In this document: positions 29,140 through 37,649 of the stretch, piece by piece | Numbering within the stretch: position 1 is the first letter of the stretch | Layout: every line of letters begins with the position of its first letter | From: Spirochaetales bacterium | GTDB lineage: Bacteria; Spirochaetota; Spirochaetia; SZUA-6; JAFGRV01 | NCBI GenBank assembly: GCA_016930085.1 | Contig: JAFGHO010000016.1 | Coordinates: 31,340-95,339 of the forward strand | Direction of reading: 5' to 3' | Length of the DNA stretch: 64,000 bases | The notes under the pieces: model-generated | The model's input: the letters and a program-made list of their open reading frames with translations, nothing else | Told to the model about the DNA's origin: nothing | Databases searched by the model: none | Made by a program: the position numbers and the translations under genes

Positions 29140-29763
29140 TCACTTACAGGTTTGACACCCGTTATTCACAAATTCTTCGATTGCCTCCAGAGCTTCTTTC
29201 GCTTCCCGGCCGGTAGCGATAAACTCCAGTTTCTCTCCTTTACAGGCGGCAAGCGTAAGCACCCCCAGCACGGACTTGACATTCATATATTTCTGTCCAT
29301 TCAGGACAAAATTATAATGCTCCATCCCGTCTTTATGGACATAGACATCACAATCGTACCTGCTGGTGAGAACGGCCAGTGTCGACGACGGCCGCATATG
29401 AAGTCCCTTCTCGTTTTGGACTATGACATTAATCTTTGCGAATCCGTTTTTTTCAAGCGATTCCTTTTCCGCACGCCAGATATGCGCGTACTGGGTCCGC
29501 CATTCCTCCGCCGCGGTCAATTCCCCGATCGTCTGCCCCATTTCCTCCGATCGCATATGCATATATTTCTTTATTTCTTCTATCTGTTCGAGATTCTCAT
29601 TTTTCTGTTTTTCCTTGATCCAGGCTTCCTTGTAATGACGGATAAAATCCTCGATCGCCTCCTCAATCGTGACTTCACGATTCTGCCGTTGAGACATATA
29701 ATACTTGTGTTCCTCAATGGCTTTGAGTTCGGCAGGAGTAATGTCTATTTCCTTTATATCCAT
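29140..29763 (-). CDS. HPr-family phosphocarrier domain fused to an N-terminal coiled-coil/charged domain
   Basis: The C-terminal ~90 aa, 'GLHMRPSSTLAVLTSRYDCDVYV...NVKSVLGVLTLAACKGEKLEFIATGREAKEALEAIEEFV', matches the HPr fold, with the active His in 'GLHMRP'. The N-terminal 110 aa are Glu/Lys-rich. Confidence 0.5.
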   Translation of the reverse strand: MDIKEIDITPAELKAIEEHKYYMSQRQNREVTIEEAIEDFIRHYKEAWIKEKQKNENLEQIEEIKKYMHMRSEEMGQTIGELTAAEEWRTQYAHIWRAEKESLEKNGFAKINVIVQNEKGLHMRPSSTLAVLTSRYDCDVYVHKDGMEHYNFVLNGQKYMNVKSVLGVLTLAACKGEKLEFIATGREAKEALEAIEEFVNNGCQTCK

Positions 29764-30131
29764 ATCCTTCTCCCCCTCATCCCATACCCGTTCCCGAGAT
29801 TCAAAAACCTTTCTTGATAATAGTCAGACATTTCAGGTTGTAAGAGAAATGTTGTTTTTCTGGTCCGAATCACAGAACCCTCTATATTTCTCATTTTCTT
29901 CACCTGTCTGTTAAATTTACATTTTTTTTATAAAAAAAACCACTCCTTTTTTAATTTCGGTGTAAATTTTACGCAAAAAGAGGCTTTTCAAACAAGAAAA
30001 AATGTTATTTTCACTTGCCGATTTTCTACGTTCATCGACAATTTTAACCGTCTATCTCATCGTCCGGGCTTCGTGTCGCTTTTCCTTGAGGGAAGAAGAT
30101 GGTATTGTATGTTCATTCAGGTGATATATTG

Positions 30132-31661
30132 ATGAAAGCGGCAGTTGTTGTTCCCCCACTCAGAGATTTTTATATGACACGGCACCGGTTTTCCATTCTG
30201 GGAGCAAAAACCGTCACCGCGATCCTTCAAAAAAATAATATCGAGCCGGTGCTTTTTAATTTCCCGGTGATGAGAAATAAACCGGCGGTTATTCCGCTTC
30301 CCCTCGATCTATCCTACCTCGAGCGGTTTATCATTCCGAACGAAACGGGAAAAGCGAGTTTTTTTACATCGTACAAACATTTCGGACCTTCCTTTGAGAA
30401 TGCCGCACGGATCGTGGCCTCCTCCCGGCCGGACATCCTTTTTCTCTGCTGTTTTGCTTTCTGTTACGCGGGAGACCTGCTTGAGACGGCAGCGGCACTC
30501 AAGAACATCATTCCGCGTGTTCCTGTCACGGCGGGGGGAAACGGGGTTTCGGTGTATCCCCATTATTTCCTCGAACATCCCTGTATCGATTATGTACTGA
30601 CCGGTGAAGCGGAAGTCTCTCTTGCCGCATTCATACACGCCATAGAACACAAAACCGGCATGCGTCATGTTCCCAATCTCTATCGGAAAGAGGGGAACCG
30701 GATAGTCGCCCCTCCGCTTCAGGGAAAATCAAGCGGCGACGACCTCCTCTGCATTTTCAACAAAACACACGAAACTGAAAACTCACTCTTTTTTTCCACC
30801 GCGGTGACGCGCGGTTGTACGAAAAAGTGCCGGTTTTGCGTACACTACCATGAAACCACCCTCAGAACAGTCCCCTATAAAAAAATCCTGAAAGAAAGCG
30901 AGAAAGCATTCGATACGGAATGCCGCGAAAAGGAGATCGCCCTCAATTTTGAGGACGACAATCTGCTTCTCCGCTCTTCTTACTTTCTCCGTCTCCTCAG
31001 GGGCCTCGCCTCCCCGCGGAGGAAGACTTCATTTTATATCGAAAGCGGTATCGACTATACGCTGCTTACCCCTTTCCTGGTAAATACCCTTGTCGCCCAT
31101 GGCCTGTCACGGTTCAATCTCTCCCTTGCTTCGACCGATCCGGAATGCTGCGAGGCGGAAGGAAGGTCCCTTGATCTTCCCCGTTACGAAACGATTATCG
31201 GAGTGCTGAACGGACTCGATATCCCGTCCGTGACCTACTTTATCTGCGGACTTGAAAACGATACAAAGGAGTCCGTCGCGGAAAGCCTGCTTTATCTCGC
31301 GCGGCAGCCGACGGTTTGCGGAATCTCCCTTTTCTATCCGGTTCCGGGACTTCCCGGATTCGAGAATATGAACCGCTTCATGACCCGTTCCCCCGCCCTG
31401 ACGGCAGGATCGTCGGCATATCCCTGGAACGGTTCGCTTTCGACATCCACCCTCATCACCGCATTCAGGCTTAGCAGGTACATCAATGCCGCGAAAGCCC
31501 TTGTCCGCACCGATATCGAGAGGGAACTTCTTTTGAGGATTGCCGGAAAAAAACGCCTTCATACGATCGTGAACGACAAAAAGAAAAAACGGATCGTCGA
31601 AGTACCGGAAATGGATACGGAACTCGAGAACATTTTTTTCAGCAGACTGGCTACATTGTAA
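30132..31661 (+). CDS. B12-binding-domain radical SAM protein
   Basis: An N-terminal B12-binding-like region precedes the CxxxCxxC motif 'TRGCTKKCRFCVHY'. Confidence 0.55.
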   Translation: MKAAVVVPPLRDFYMTRHRFSILGAKTVTAILQKNNIEPVLFNFPVMRNKPAVIPLPLDLSYLERFIIPNETGKASFFTSYKHFGPSFENAARIVASSRPDILFLCCFAFCYAGDLLETAAALKNIIPRVPVTAGGNGVSVYPHYFLEHPCIDYVLTGEAEVSLAAFIHAIEHKTGMRHVPNLYRKEGNRIVAPPLQGKSSGDDLLCIFNKTHETENSLFFSTAVTRGCTKKCRFCVHYHETTLRTVPYKKILKESEKAFDTECREKEIALNFEDDNLLLRSSYFLRLLRGLASPRRKTSFYIESGIDYTLLTPFLVNTLVAHGLSRFNLSLASTDPECCEAEGRSLDLPRYETIIGVLNGLDIPSVTYFICGLENDTKESVAESLLYLARQPTVCGISLFYPVPGLPGFENMNRFMTRSPALTAGSSAYPWNGSLSTSTLITAFRLSRYINAAKALVRTDIERELLLRIAGKKRLHTIVNDKKKKRIVEVPEMDTELENIFFSRLATL

Positions 31662-32060
31662 TATCGAGCGGCATACAACGCGGTGCCGTTTCGACGCCTC
31701 GCCGAGAACCGGGTAGCGGACGGGACAGCCCGTTCAGTCTAGTAAGCGGCAAGGACAGTCCCGGTGTCATCCGATCTGCCGCCCCATTTCATTCCCGTCT
31801 GTCCCCGTCCGTTATCCCGTCGATTCCAGAAAATAACCCTTGTGAAAAAAATCCCACACTCAATCGATCCCGGCATCACCTCTCCCTTGACACAAAACTC
31901 CAAAGTTGTATACATTATTGTCGGAGGGGATATGGGATATCCGCTGAAAATACTTCGTATCCTCCATGAAAAGAGGGAATCCTTTTAAGGAAAAACAAGT
32001 TTTTTCAGGGAAGCTACCTATCCTTATCCATTGATAATAATACAAGTGCAGGAGAAACGT

Positions 32061-33050
32061 GTGAAAGTTCTTTTTTCCGGAATACAGCCCACCGGTTCGC
32101 TTCATATCGGTAATTATTTTGGCGCGATAAAAAACTGGGTCAAAATACAGTATTCCTATAAAACATTTATCAGTGTGGTCGACTACCATGCAATCACCGT
32201 GGAATATGAGCCGTCGGCGATGCCCGACAGAGTGATGGACATGGCCGTCAATCTTTTTGCCTGCGGGATAGATCTTGAAAAAACTATTCTCTTTATCCAG
32301 TCCGAAGTACCGGGCCATGCCGACCTTACCTGGATATTCAATACTATTACTCCGCTGGGCGAACTCGAGAGAATGACGCAATTCAAGGAAAAGGCGAGCC
32401 AGCACAGAAAAAATATCAATGTGGGGCTTCTTGATTATCCCGTACTCCAGGCCGCCGATATCCTCCTTTATAAGGCTGAACTCGTCCCCGTTGGAGAAGA
32501 CCAGGTGCAGCACATCGAGTTCACGCGGGAAATTGCGCGCTATTTCAACAAGCGATACGGGGAAACTTTTCCCGAATGCCAGGCCCTTCTCACAAAAACA
32601 CCGCGTATCATGGGGCTCGACGGTGAAACAAAAATGAGTAAAAGCAAAAACAATTATATCGGAATTCTGGAAACGGAAAACGAGATATGGAATAGGGTAT
32701 CCGTGGCCAAAACAGATCCCGCACGGATCAAACGGTCGGATCCGGGAAATCCGAATATATGCAATATCTTCTATTACCATAAACTCGTCACCCCCGAGGA
32801 AGAACGTGAAGAGGTCGCCGAAGGCTGCATGAACGCGACAATCGGGTGTCTCGACTGTAAAAAGGTATTCATGAAGCACCTCATGAATGTCCTCAACCCC
32901 ATCAGGGAACGGTACGAGAATCTCATGAAAAACAAGCACAGCATTCGCGAGATATTAACGAACAACGCGGAAAAATGCAGACACATCGCCAAACAGACAA
33001 TACTTGAGACAAAAGAAAAAATGGGGATAAACCCGGTATGGAAGATTTGA
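32061..33050 (+). CDS. trpS: Tryptophan--tRNA ligase
   Basis: The HIGH motif is 'QPTGSLHIGNYFG' and KMSKS is 'KMSKSKNN'. The probable GTG start at 32061 follows an AGGAG. Confidence 0.9.
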   Translation: MKVLFSGIQPTGSLHIGNYFGAIKNWVKIQYSYKTFISVVDYHAITVEYEPSAMPDRVMDMAVNLFACGIDLEKTILFIQSEVPGHADLTWIFNTITPLGELERMTQFKEKASQHRKNINVGLLDYPVLQAADILLYKAELVPVGEDQVQHIEFTREIARYFNKRYGETFPECQALLTKTPRIMGLDGETKMSKSKNNYIGILETENEIWNRVSVAKTDPARIKRSDPGNPNICNIFYYHKLVTPEEEREEVAEGCMNATIGCLDCKKVFMKHLMNVLNPIRERYENLMKNKHSIREILTNNAEKCRHIAKQTILETKEKMGINPVWKI

Positions 33051-34399
33051 ACATAAATGAAGAAGATCTTCATATAGAGTCGCTCGGAACCCCTGCACTG
33101 CGATCGCCGCTCAAGCTTTCGACGGTATACGGCGACCAGATAGCCAATTATGTCGAGGATACCGAATCCGTGCTGTTTTACTCGGATAAAAACATGATCC
33201 TCGAGAAAATCAAAGAAAACGAACAACTTCCGGCTTTCGAGAAGGCGGGCCCCCGATACAATATCTTTTTCGAACCCTCGAACACAAAAGCCGCCATCGT
33301 CACCTGCGGGGGGCTTTGTCCGGGCATCAACAATGTCATCAGGTCCCTGGTCATGGAACTCTTTTACCGGTATGGGGTGCCCGTCACGTATGGTATCAGA
33401 TACGGGTATCAGGGATTCATTCCCGAATACGGCTACGAACCTCTTCTCCTGACACCGGACCTTGTCAAGGATATTCATATGCAGGGCGGGAGTATTCTCG
33501 CATCGTCACGCGGGAAACAGGACGTCGGGAAAATCGTCGACACCCTCTCGAAACTCGGGGTATCCATCCTCTTTACCATCGGCGGGGACGGAACCCTGCG
33601 CGGGGCGCATGCGATTCATGAAGAAGTGAAAAAGCGGCGCATGTCAATGTCAATCATCGGTGTACCGAAAACCATCGACAACGATATCTCTTTTGTCGAA
33701 CAGACCTTCGGGCTCGAGACCGCTTTTTCCATTGCCGGCTTTGCCATCCGCAGCGCGCATACGGAAGCGATCGGGGCCCCGAACGGGATCGGTCTGGTAA
33801 AGGTCATGGGCAGGTTATCCGGTTTTATCGCGGCCAATGCCGCACTCGCACTGAACGAAGTCAATTTCGTCCTGGTTCCGGAAATTCCCTTTGACCTTGA
33901 AGGCCCGAACGGTCTCTACACCCATCTCGAAACACGTTTGAAAAAAAAGGGACATGCGGTCATCGTTGTCGCCGAAGGGGCGGGCCAGGAATTGCTGGCA
34001 ACCGCATCCTCCGAACGGGACGCTTCCGGCAATCCGAAACTGGGCGACATCGGTATATTTCTGAAGACCGCGATCAAGGAATATTTCACGAAAAAAATAT
34101 CGATGGAAGTCAATCTCAAGTACATCGATCCTTCCTATATGATCCGTTCCGTACCGGCGAATGCCCATGATGCGATCTTTTGTATGCAACTCGCACAGAA
34201 TGCCGTCCACGCGGGTATGGCCGGGAAATCGGGTATGGTTGTCGGGATATGGAACGGAAAGTTCACCCATATCCCTCTCGCGCTCGTGACAAGCAGGAAT
34301 AAGTATCTTTCTCCGGAAGATTCCCTCTGGTTGTCCGTTCTCGAGGCGACAGGACAACCATATATAATGAAGAACGGTGAGGGTACGGCGGGCCGCTGA
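33038..34399 (+). CDS. 6-phosphofructokinase (long-type; ATP/PPi specificity ambiguous)
   Basis: 'TCGGLCPGINNVIRS', 'IGGDGTLRGA' and 'PKTIDNDI' are present. The K in PKTIDND suggests PPi-type, while GGDG suggests ATP-type. Confidence 0.85.
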   Translation: MEDLNINEEDLHIESLGTPALRSPLKLSTVYGDQIANYVEDTESVLFYSDKNMILEKIKENEQLPAFEKAGPRYNIFFEPSNTKAAIVTCGGLCPGINNVIRSLVMELFYRYGVPVTYGIRYGYQGFIPEYGYEPLLLTPDLVKDIHMQGGSILASSRGKQDVGKIVDTLSKLGVSILFTIGGDGTLRGAHAIHEEVKKRRMSMSIIGVPKTIDNDISFVEQTFGLETAFSIAGFAIRSAHTEAIGAPNGIGLVKVMGRLSGFIAANAALALNEVNFVLVPEIPFDLEGPNGLYTHLETRLKKKGHAVIVVAEGAGQELLATASSERDASGNPKLGDIGIFLKTAIKEYFTKKISMEVNLKYIDPSYMIRSVPANAHDAIFCMQLAQNAVHAGMAGKSGMVVGIWNGKFTHIPLALVTSRNKYLSPEDSLWLSVLEATGQPYIMKNGEGTAGR

Positions 34400-34484
34400 G
34401 AAGGCCGGACGGACGCAAGGTATTGAGGGGGGCTTTCTGGGAAAAGCCCCGGATACTTCGATAACAAACAGGAGATGATGAAGA

Positions 34485-34862
34485 ATGAGTATCAGCAAAT
34501 ACCTGGATACACAAACGATTCATGACATCGTAAAATACAACAGGAAGCAGGATTATTCAAAAGGGAATGTTTCTTTTACCGGTGCACCCCGAAAACACCC
34601 CTATGACCCGAAGAAACTCCTTCTCGTTTCCGATCCGTTCAGTTCGAACACCATTTTTTTCGAGTTCAATCTCAAGGATATCACCCATCTGGAAGAACTT
34701 TCCCAGATCGCATCGGAAAAAGGAGATATCCTGAAATTAATAAAAATCTGGGTAAAAAAAGGAAGCCTCGGCGTCAGATACGAACCGTTTATCGTTGAGG
34801 ACACACTCAATTACCTGAAAGATACCGAGGTCCTGCTTCAGCGTGAGAATAAGGGTACTTGA
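34485..34862 (+). CDS. Hypothetical protein
   Basis: 125-aa ORF with an upstream AGGAG. No recognisable motifs. Confidence 0.35.
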   Translation: MSISKYLDTQTIHDIVKYNRKQDYSKGNVSFTGAPRKHPYDPKKLLLVSDPFSSNTIFFEFNLKDITHLEELSQIASEKGDILKLIKIWVKKGSLGVRYEPFIVEDTLNYLKDTEVLLQRENKGT

Positions 34863-34960
34863 GTGCGATAAAGTCGCCTGTACGCGATTAAAGCCCCGCC
34901 TGAATGCGATAAAGAGTTCGCTTGAACACGATAAAGCCGCCTGATACACGATAAAGCCGG
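34863..34960. repeat. Five phased direct repeats of CGATAAAG(N)CGCCTG (~20-21 bp period) upstream of metK
   Basis: The copies are tgcgataaagtcgcctg, cgcgattaaagccccgcctg, tgcgataaagagttcgcttg, cacgataaagccgcctg and cacgataaagccggc. Confidence 0.55.
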
Positions 34961-35087
34961 CACTTTATACTTGACCTTTTCAACAACTTCTGGTATTCAG
35001 TAGTGTTATCAAAAGGAAATTACCAGTAACCCGCCATACACGAGTAATTTCCCGACAATCTATAATACATCGGGAGGATATAAACCA

Positions 35088-36251
35088 TTGAACAAAAGAG
35101 AGCATTTTGTATTCACGTCCGAAAGCGTCGGCGAAGGCCACCCGGATAAAGTATGCGATCAGATTTCAGACGCCATTTTAGACAACGCGATCAGCCAGGA
35201 TGAAAACTCGCATGTTGCCTGTGAAACCTTTACCACCACCGGGTTCGTACTGGTCGGTGGAGAAATAACAACCCGCGGTTTTATCGATATTCAGCGTATT
35301 GTCCGCGGCGTTCTCAAATCCATAGGATACGACGATCCATCTTACGGCATCGATTTCGAATCATGTGCCGTTGTCTCGACGATTCACCCCCAATCCCCGG
35401 ATATCGCCATGGGTGTGGACCCGGACGATTGCCATCACAAGGAACAGGGGGCGGGAGACCAGGGGATGATGTTCGGATACGCGACAAACGAAACACCGCA
35501 CCTCATGCCTGCACCCATTTATTACGCCCACCAGATCATGCTGAAAGCCGCCGAAGTCAGAAAAAATGGATTGTTGCCCTTCCTCAGACCGGACGGCAAA
35601 TGCCAGGTAACGGTCGAATACAAAAACGATAAGCCGGTGAATATACCGACCGTCGTTCTCTCACATCAGCACTCGGAAGAAATCAGCCGCGAGGAATTGT
35701 GTGAAAGCCTGATTGAAACGATTATCAAAAAGGCGCTGCCGCCGGAAATGCTCAAGGGAAATGTGACCTATCATATAAACCCAACGGGCAGATTCGTCAT
35801 CGGCGGGCCGCACGGCGATTCGGGGCTGACGGGAAGAAAAATCATCGTCGATACCTACGGTGGTATGGCACGGCATGGCGGCGGCGCGTTTTCGGGAAAA
35901 GATCCCTCGAAGGTCGACCGATCCGCCGCGTACATGACCAGGTATATCGCCAAAAACCTCGTCGCAGCGGGCGTCTGCGACAAATGCGAGGTTGAACTCG
36001 CCTATGCGATCGGTGTCGCCGAACCGGTCTCGGTATTTGTCACCACATTCGGAACGGGTAAAATCGAAGATGAAAAAATCGAAGGCGCGGTCCGGGAAGT
36101 TTTCGAACTCAAACCGGCCGGCATCATATCGTCACTCAATCTGAAAAAACCCATTTACCAGCAGACGGCCTCCTACGGCCACTTCGGGAGGGACATCTTC
36201 TCCTGGGAAAAAACAGATAAAGTCGAAGCGATAAAAGCCAAACTCATGTAA
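35088..36251 (+). CDS. metK: S-adenosylmethionine synthetase
   Basis: 'GEGHPDK', 'GAGDQG' and '[19 protein letters not shown]' are hallmarks. A TTG start follows GGGAGG. Confidence 0.95.
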   Translation: MNKREHFVFTSESVGEGHPDKVCDQISDAILDNAISQDENSHVACETFTTTGFVLVGGEITTRGFIDIQRIVRGVLKSIGYDDPSYGIDFESCAVVSTIHPQSPDIAMGVDPDDCHHKEQGAGDQGMMFGYATNETPHLMPAPIYYAHQIMLKAAEVRKNGLLPFLRPDGKCQVTVEYKNDKPVNIPTVVLSHQHSEEISREELCESLIETIIKKALPPEMLKGNVTYHINPTGRFVIGGPHGDSGLTGRKIIVDTYGGMARHGGGAFSGKDPSKVDRSAAYMTRYIAKNLVAAGVCDKCEVELAYAIGVAEPVSVFVTTFGTGKIEDEKIEGAVREVFELKPAGIISSLNLKKPIYQQTASYGHFGRDIFSWEKTDKVEAIKAKLM

Positions 36252-36256
36252 TACGG

Positions 36257-36296
36257 CGCGGCTGTTCGCGGAGCTGCGGACAGCCGCTTTTTTTTT
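36257..36296 (+). terminator. Rho-independent terminator after metK
   Basis: The stem gcggctgt...acagccgc is followed by T9. Confidence 0.7.
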
Positions 36297-36318
36297 CAAA
36301 CGTTATTTCATAATATCG

Positions 36319-37395
36319 ATGAAAACGACATTGCCAGAGAAATATTCTGTTTTTGCAGTCATATGCCTGTTCTTGCCGCTTCTCGCAGGCTGCTATCTTC
36401 TCAAACAGGGAAGCTACATTATCTCCTATAACATGAGGGCGAAGAAAATCGACACCCTCATCGAAGACCCCTCCATTTCACCGGAGAAAAGGGAAATGCT
36501 TTCGCTGGTTACAAAAATCAAATCCTATGCCGTTTCCACCCTCGGTCTTGCCGATGATAAAAATTACACCACCTATGTAGCAATCGACAGGGATTACTGC
36601 GCCGATGTGGTTTCGGCATCCAAAAAGGATTGCTTTGAACCGTACACATGGTGGTATCCCTTTTTCGGATCATTTCCCTACAAGGGATTTTTCGAACGGG
36701 AGGACGCACTCAGGGAAGCCGAAGCGCTTGGGAAAAAGGGCCTCGACGTTCTCTTGAGAAAGGTCGATGCGTTCAGCACACTCGGTTTTTTCACCGATCC
36801 CGTCTACTGTTACATGGCCGACTATTCACCTTACGCCCTCGCATCGCTTATTATCCACGAACAGACGCATGCGACGATCTGGCTTTCCGGCCGCATTCAG
36901 TTCAACGAAGAACTTGCGACATTCGTCGGCAGGGAAGGCGCGCTCGCATTTATAAGTGAAACCTACGGGGAAGACTCACCCCACTACAAGGAAGCGGTTG
37001 CCGTCATCGATGATTCATCAAGATTCGTCCGGCTTATCAAGTCCCTGTACAAGGACCTCGAAATCCTTTACGAAAAGGACATCGGAAGACAGTACAAACT
37101 TTCAGCGCGCGGACGGATCATACATGCCTTCAAGGAACGCTACAGACTCTTTTACCGGAAGGAGTTTCAATCGGAGGGCTACCGTGTCCCCCTCACCTTC
37201 CCCATCAACAATGCCTATATCATGCTTTTTATCACCTATACGGAAGATCTTTCCCTTTACTATGACCTCTTCAGGCGGCAGGGGGAAGATCTGCCGTCGA
37301 CGATAGCGCTTCTCAAACAGGTTAAAACGGTTGGTGGCGATCCGAAGGAATATATCAGGAACGTGCTGCTCGCCGATAATCGAAATGACGAGTGA
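36319..37395 (+). CDS. Lipoprotein, predicted Zn-dependent aminopeptidase-like (HExxH)
   Basis: The lipobox is 'LLAGC'. 'LIIHEQTHATIW' is an HExxH zincin motif, as in the predicted-aminopeptidase (DUF2265-like) family. Confidence 0.5.
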   Translation: MKTTLPEKYSVFAVICLFLPLLAGCYLLKQGSYIISYNMRAKKIDTLIEDPSISPEKREMLSLVTKIKSYAVSTLGLADDKNYTTYVAIDRDYCADVVSASKKDCFEPYTWWYPFFGSFPYKGFFEREDALREAEALGKKGLDVLLRKVDAFSTLGFFTDPVYCYMADYSPYALASLIIHEQTHATIWLSGRIQFNEELATFVGREGALAFISETYGEDSPHYKEAVAVIDDSSRFVRLIKSLYKDLEILYEKDIGRQYKLSARGRIIHAFKERYRLFYRKEFQSEGYRVPLTFPINNAYIMLFITYTEDLSLYYDLFRRQGEDLPSTIALLKQVKTVGGDPKEYIRNVLLADNRNDE

Positions 37396-37649
37396 AAGGA
37401 GAAAGGCTATCAGAATAAGAGGAAAAAAAGAAAAAATCAGAGAAGCCGTCAATGTGAGCCGCCGGAACGGCGAGAAAGCGCCCGCCAAAAAAACATTGAT
37501 TTTGAAGCGATTCCATGTCATAATGAGTCAGGCGGTTAACAAAAATATTCAATCTAGCCATAATAAACGAATAATTTTTTTTGTCATAATAGACGTGTTG
37601 ACATCTGTTAAAAAACCATTGGCAAAAATCAAAAGGAGGTTTTTATAAC

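Noticed and set aside
31662-32060. Possible T-box leader upstream of trpS
   Set aside because: I could not find the conserved T-box sequence (AAnnnGGGTGGnACCGCG) or a specifier-loop arrangement. The region is only GC-rich and structured.
31860-32939. 359-aa minus-strand ORF
   Set aside because: It lies entirely antisense to the well-supported trpS gene, which has HIGH and KMSKS motifs. It has no recognisable motifs and its composition is typical of a GC-rich antisense frame.
34980-35087. Possible SAM riboswitch upstream of metK
   Set aside because: There is no SAM-I kink-turn or conserved core. There is no SAM-II pseudoknot signature either. Only a short ctggta...taccag hairpin is present.
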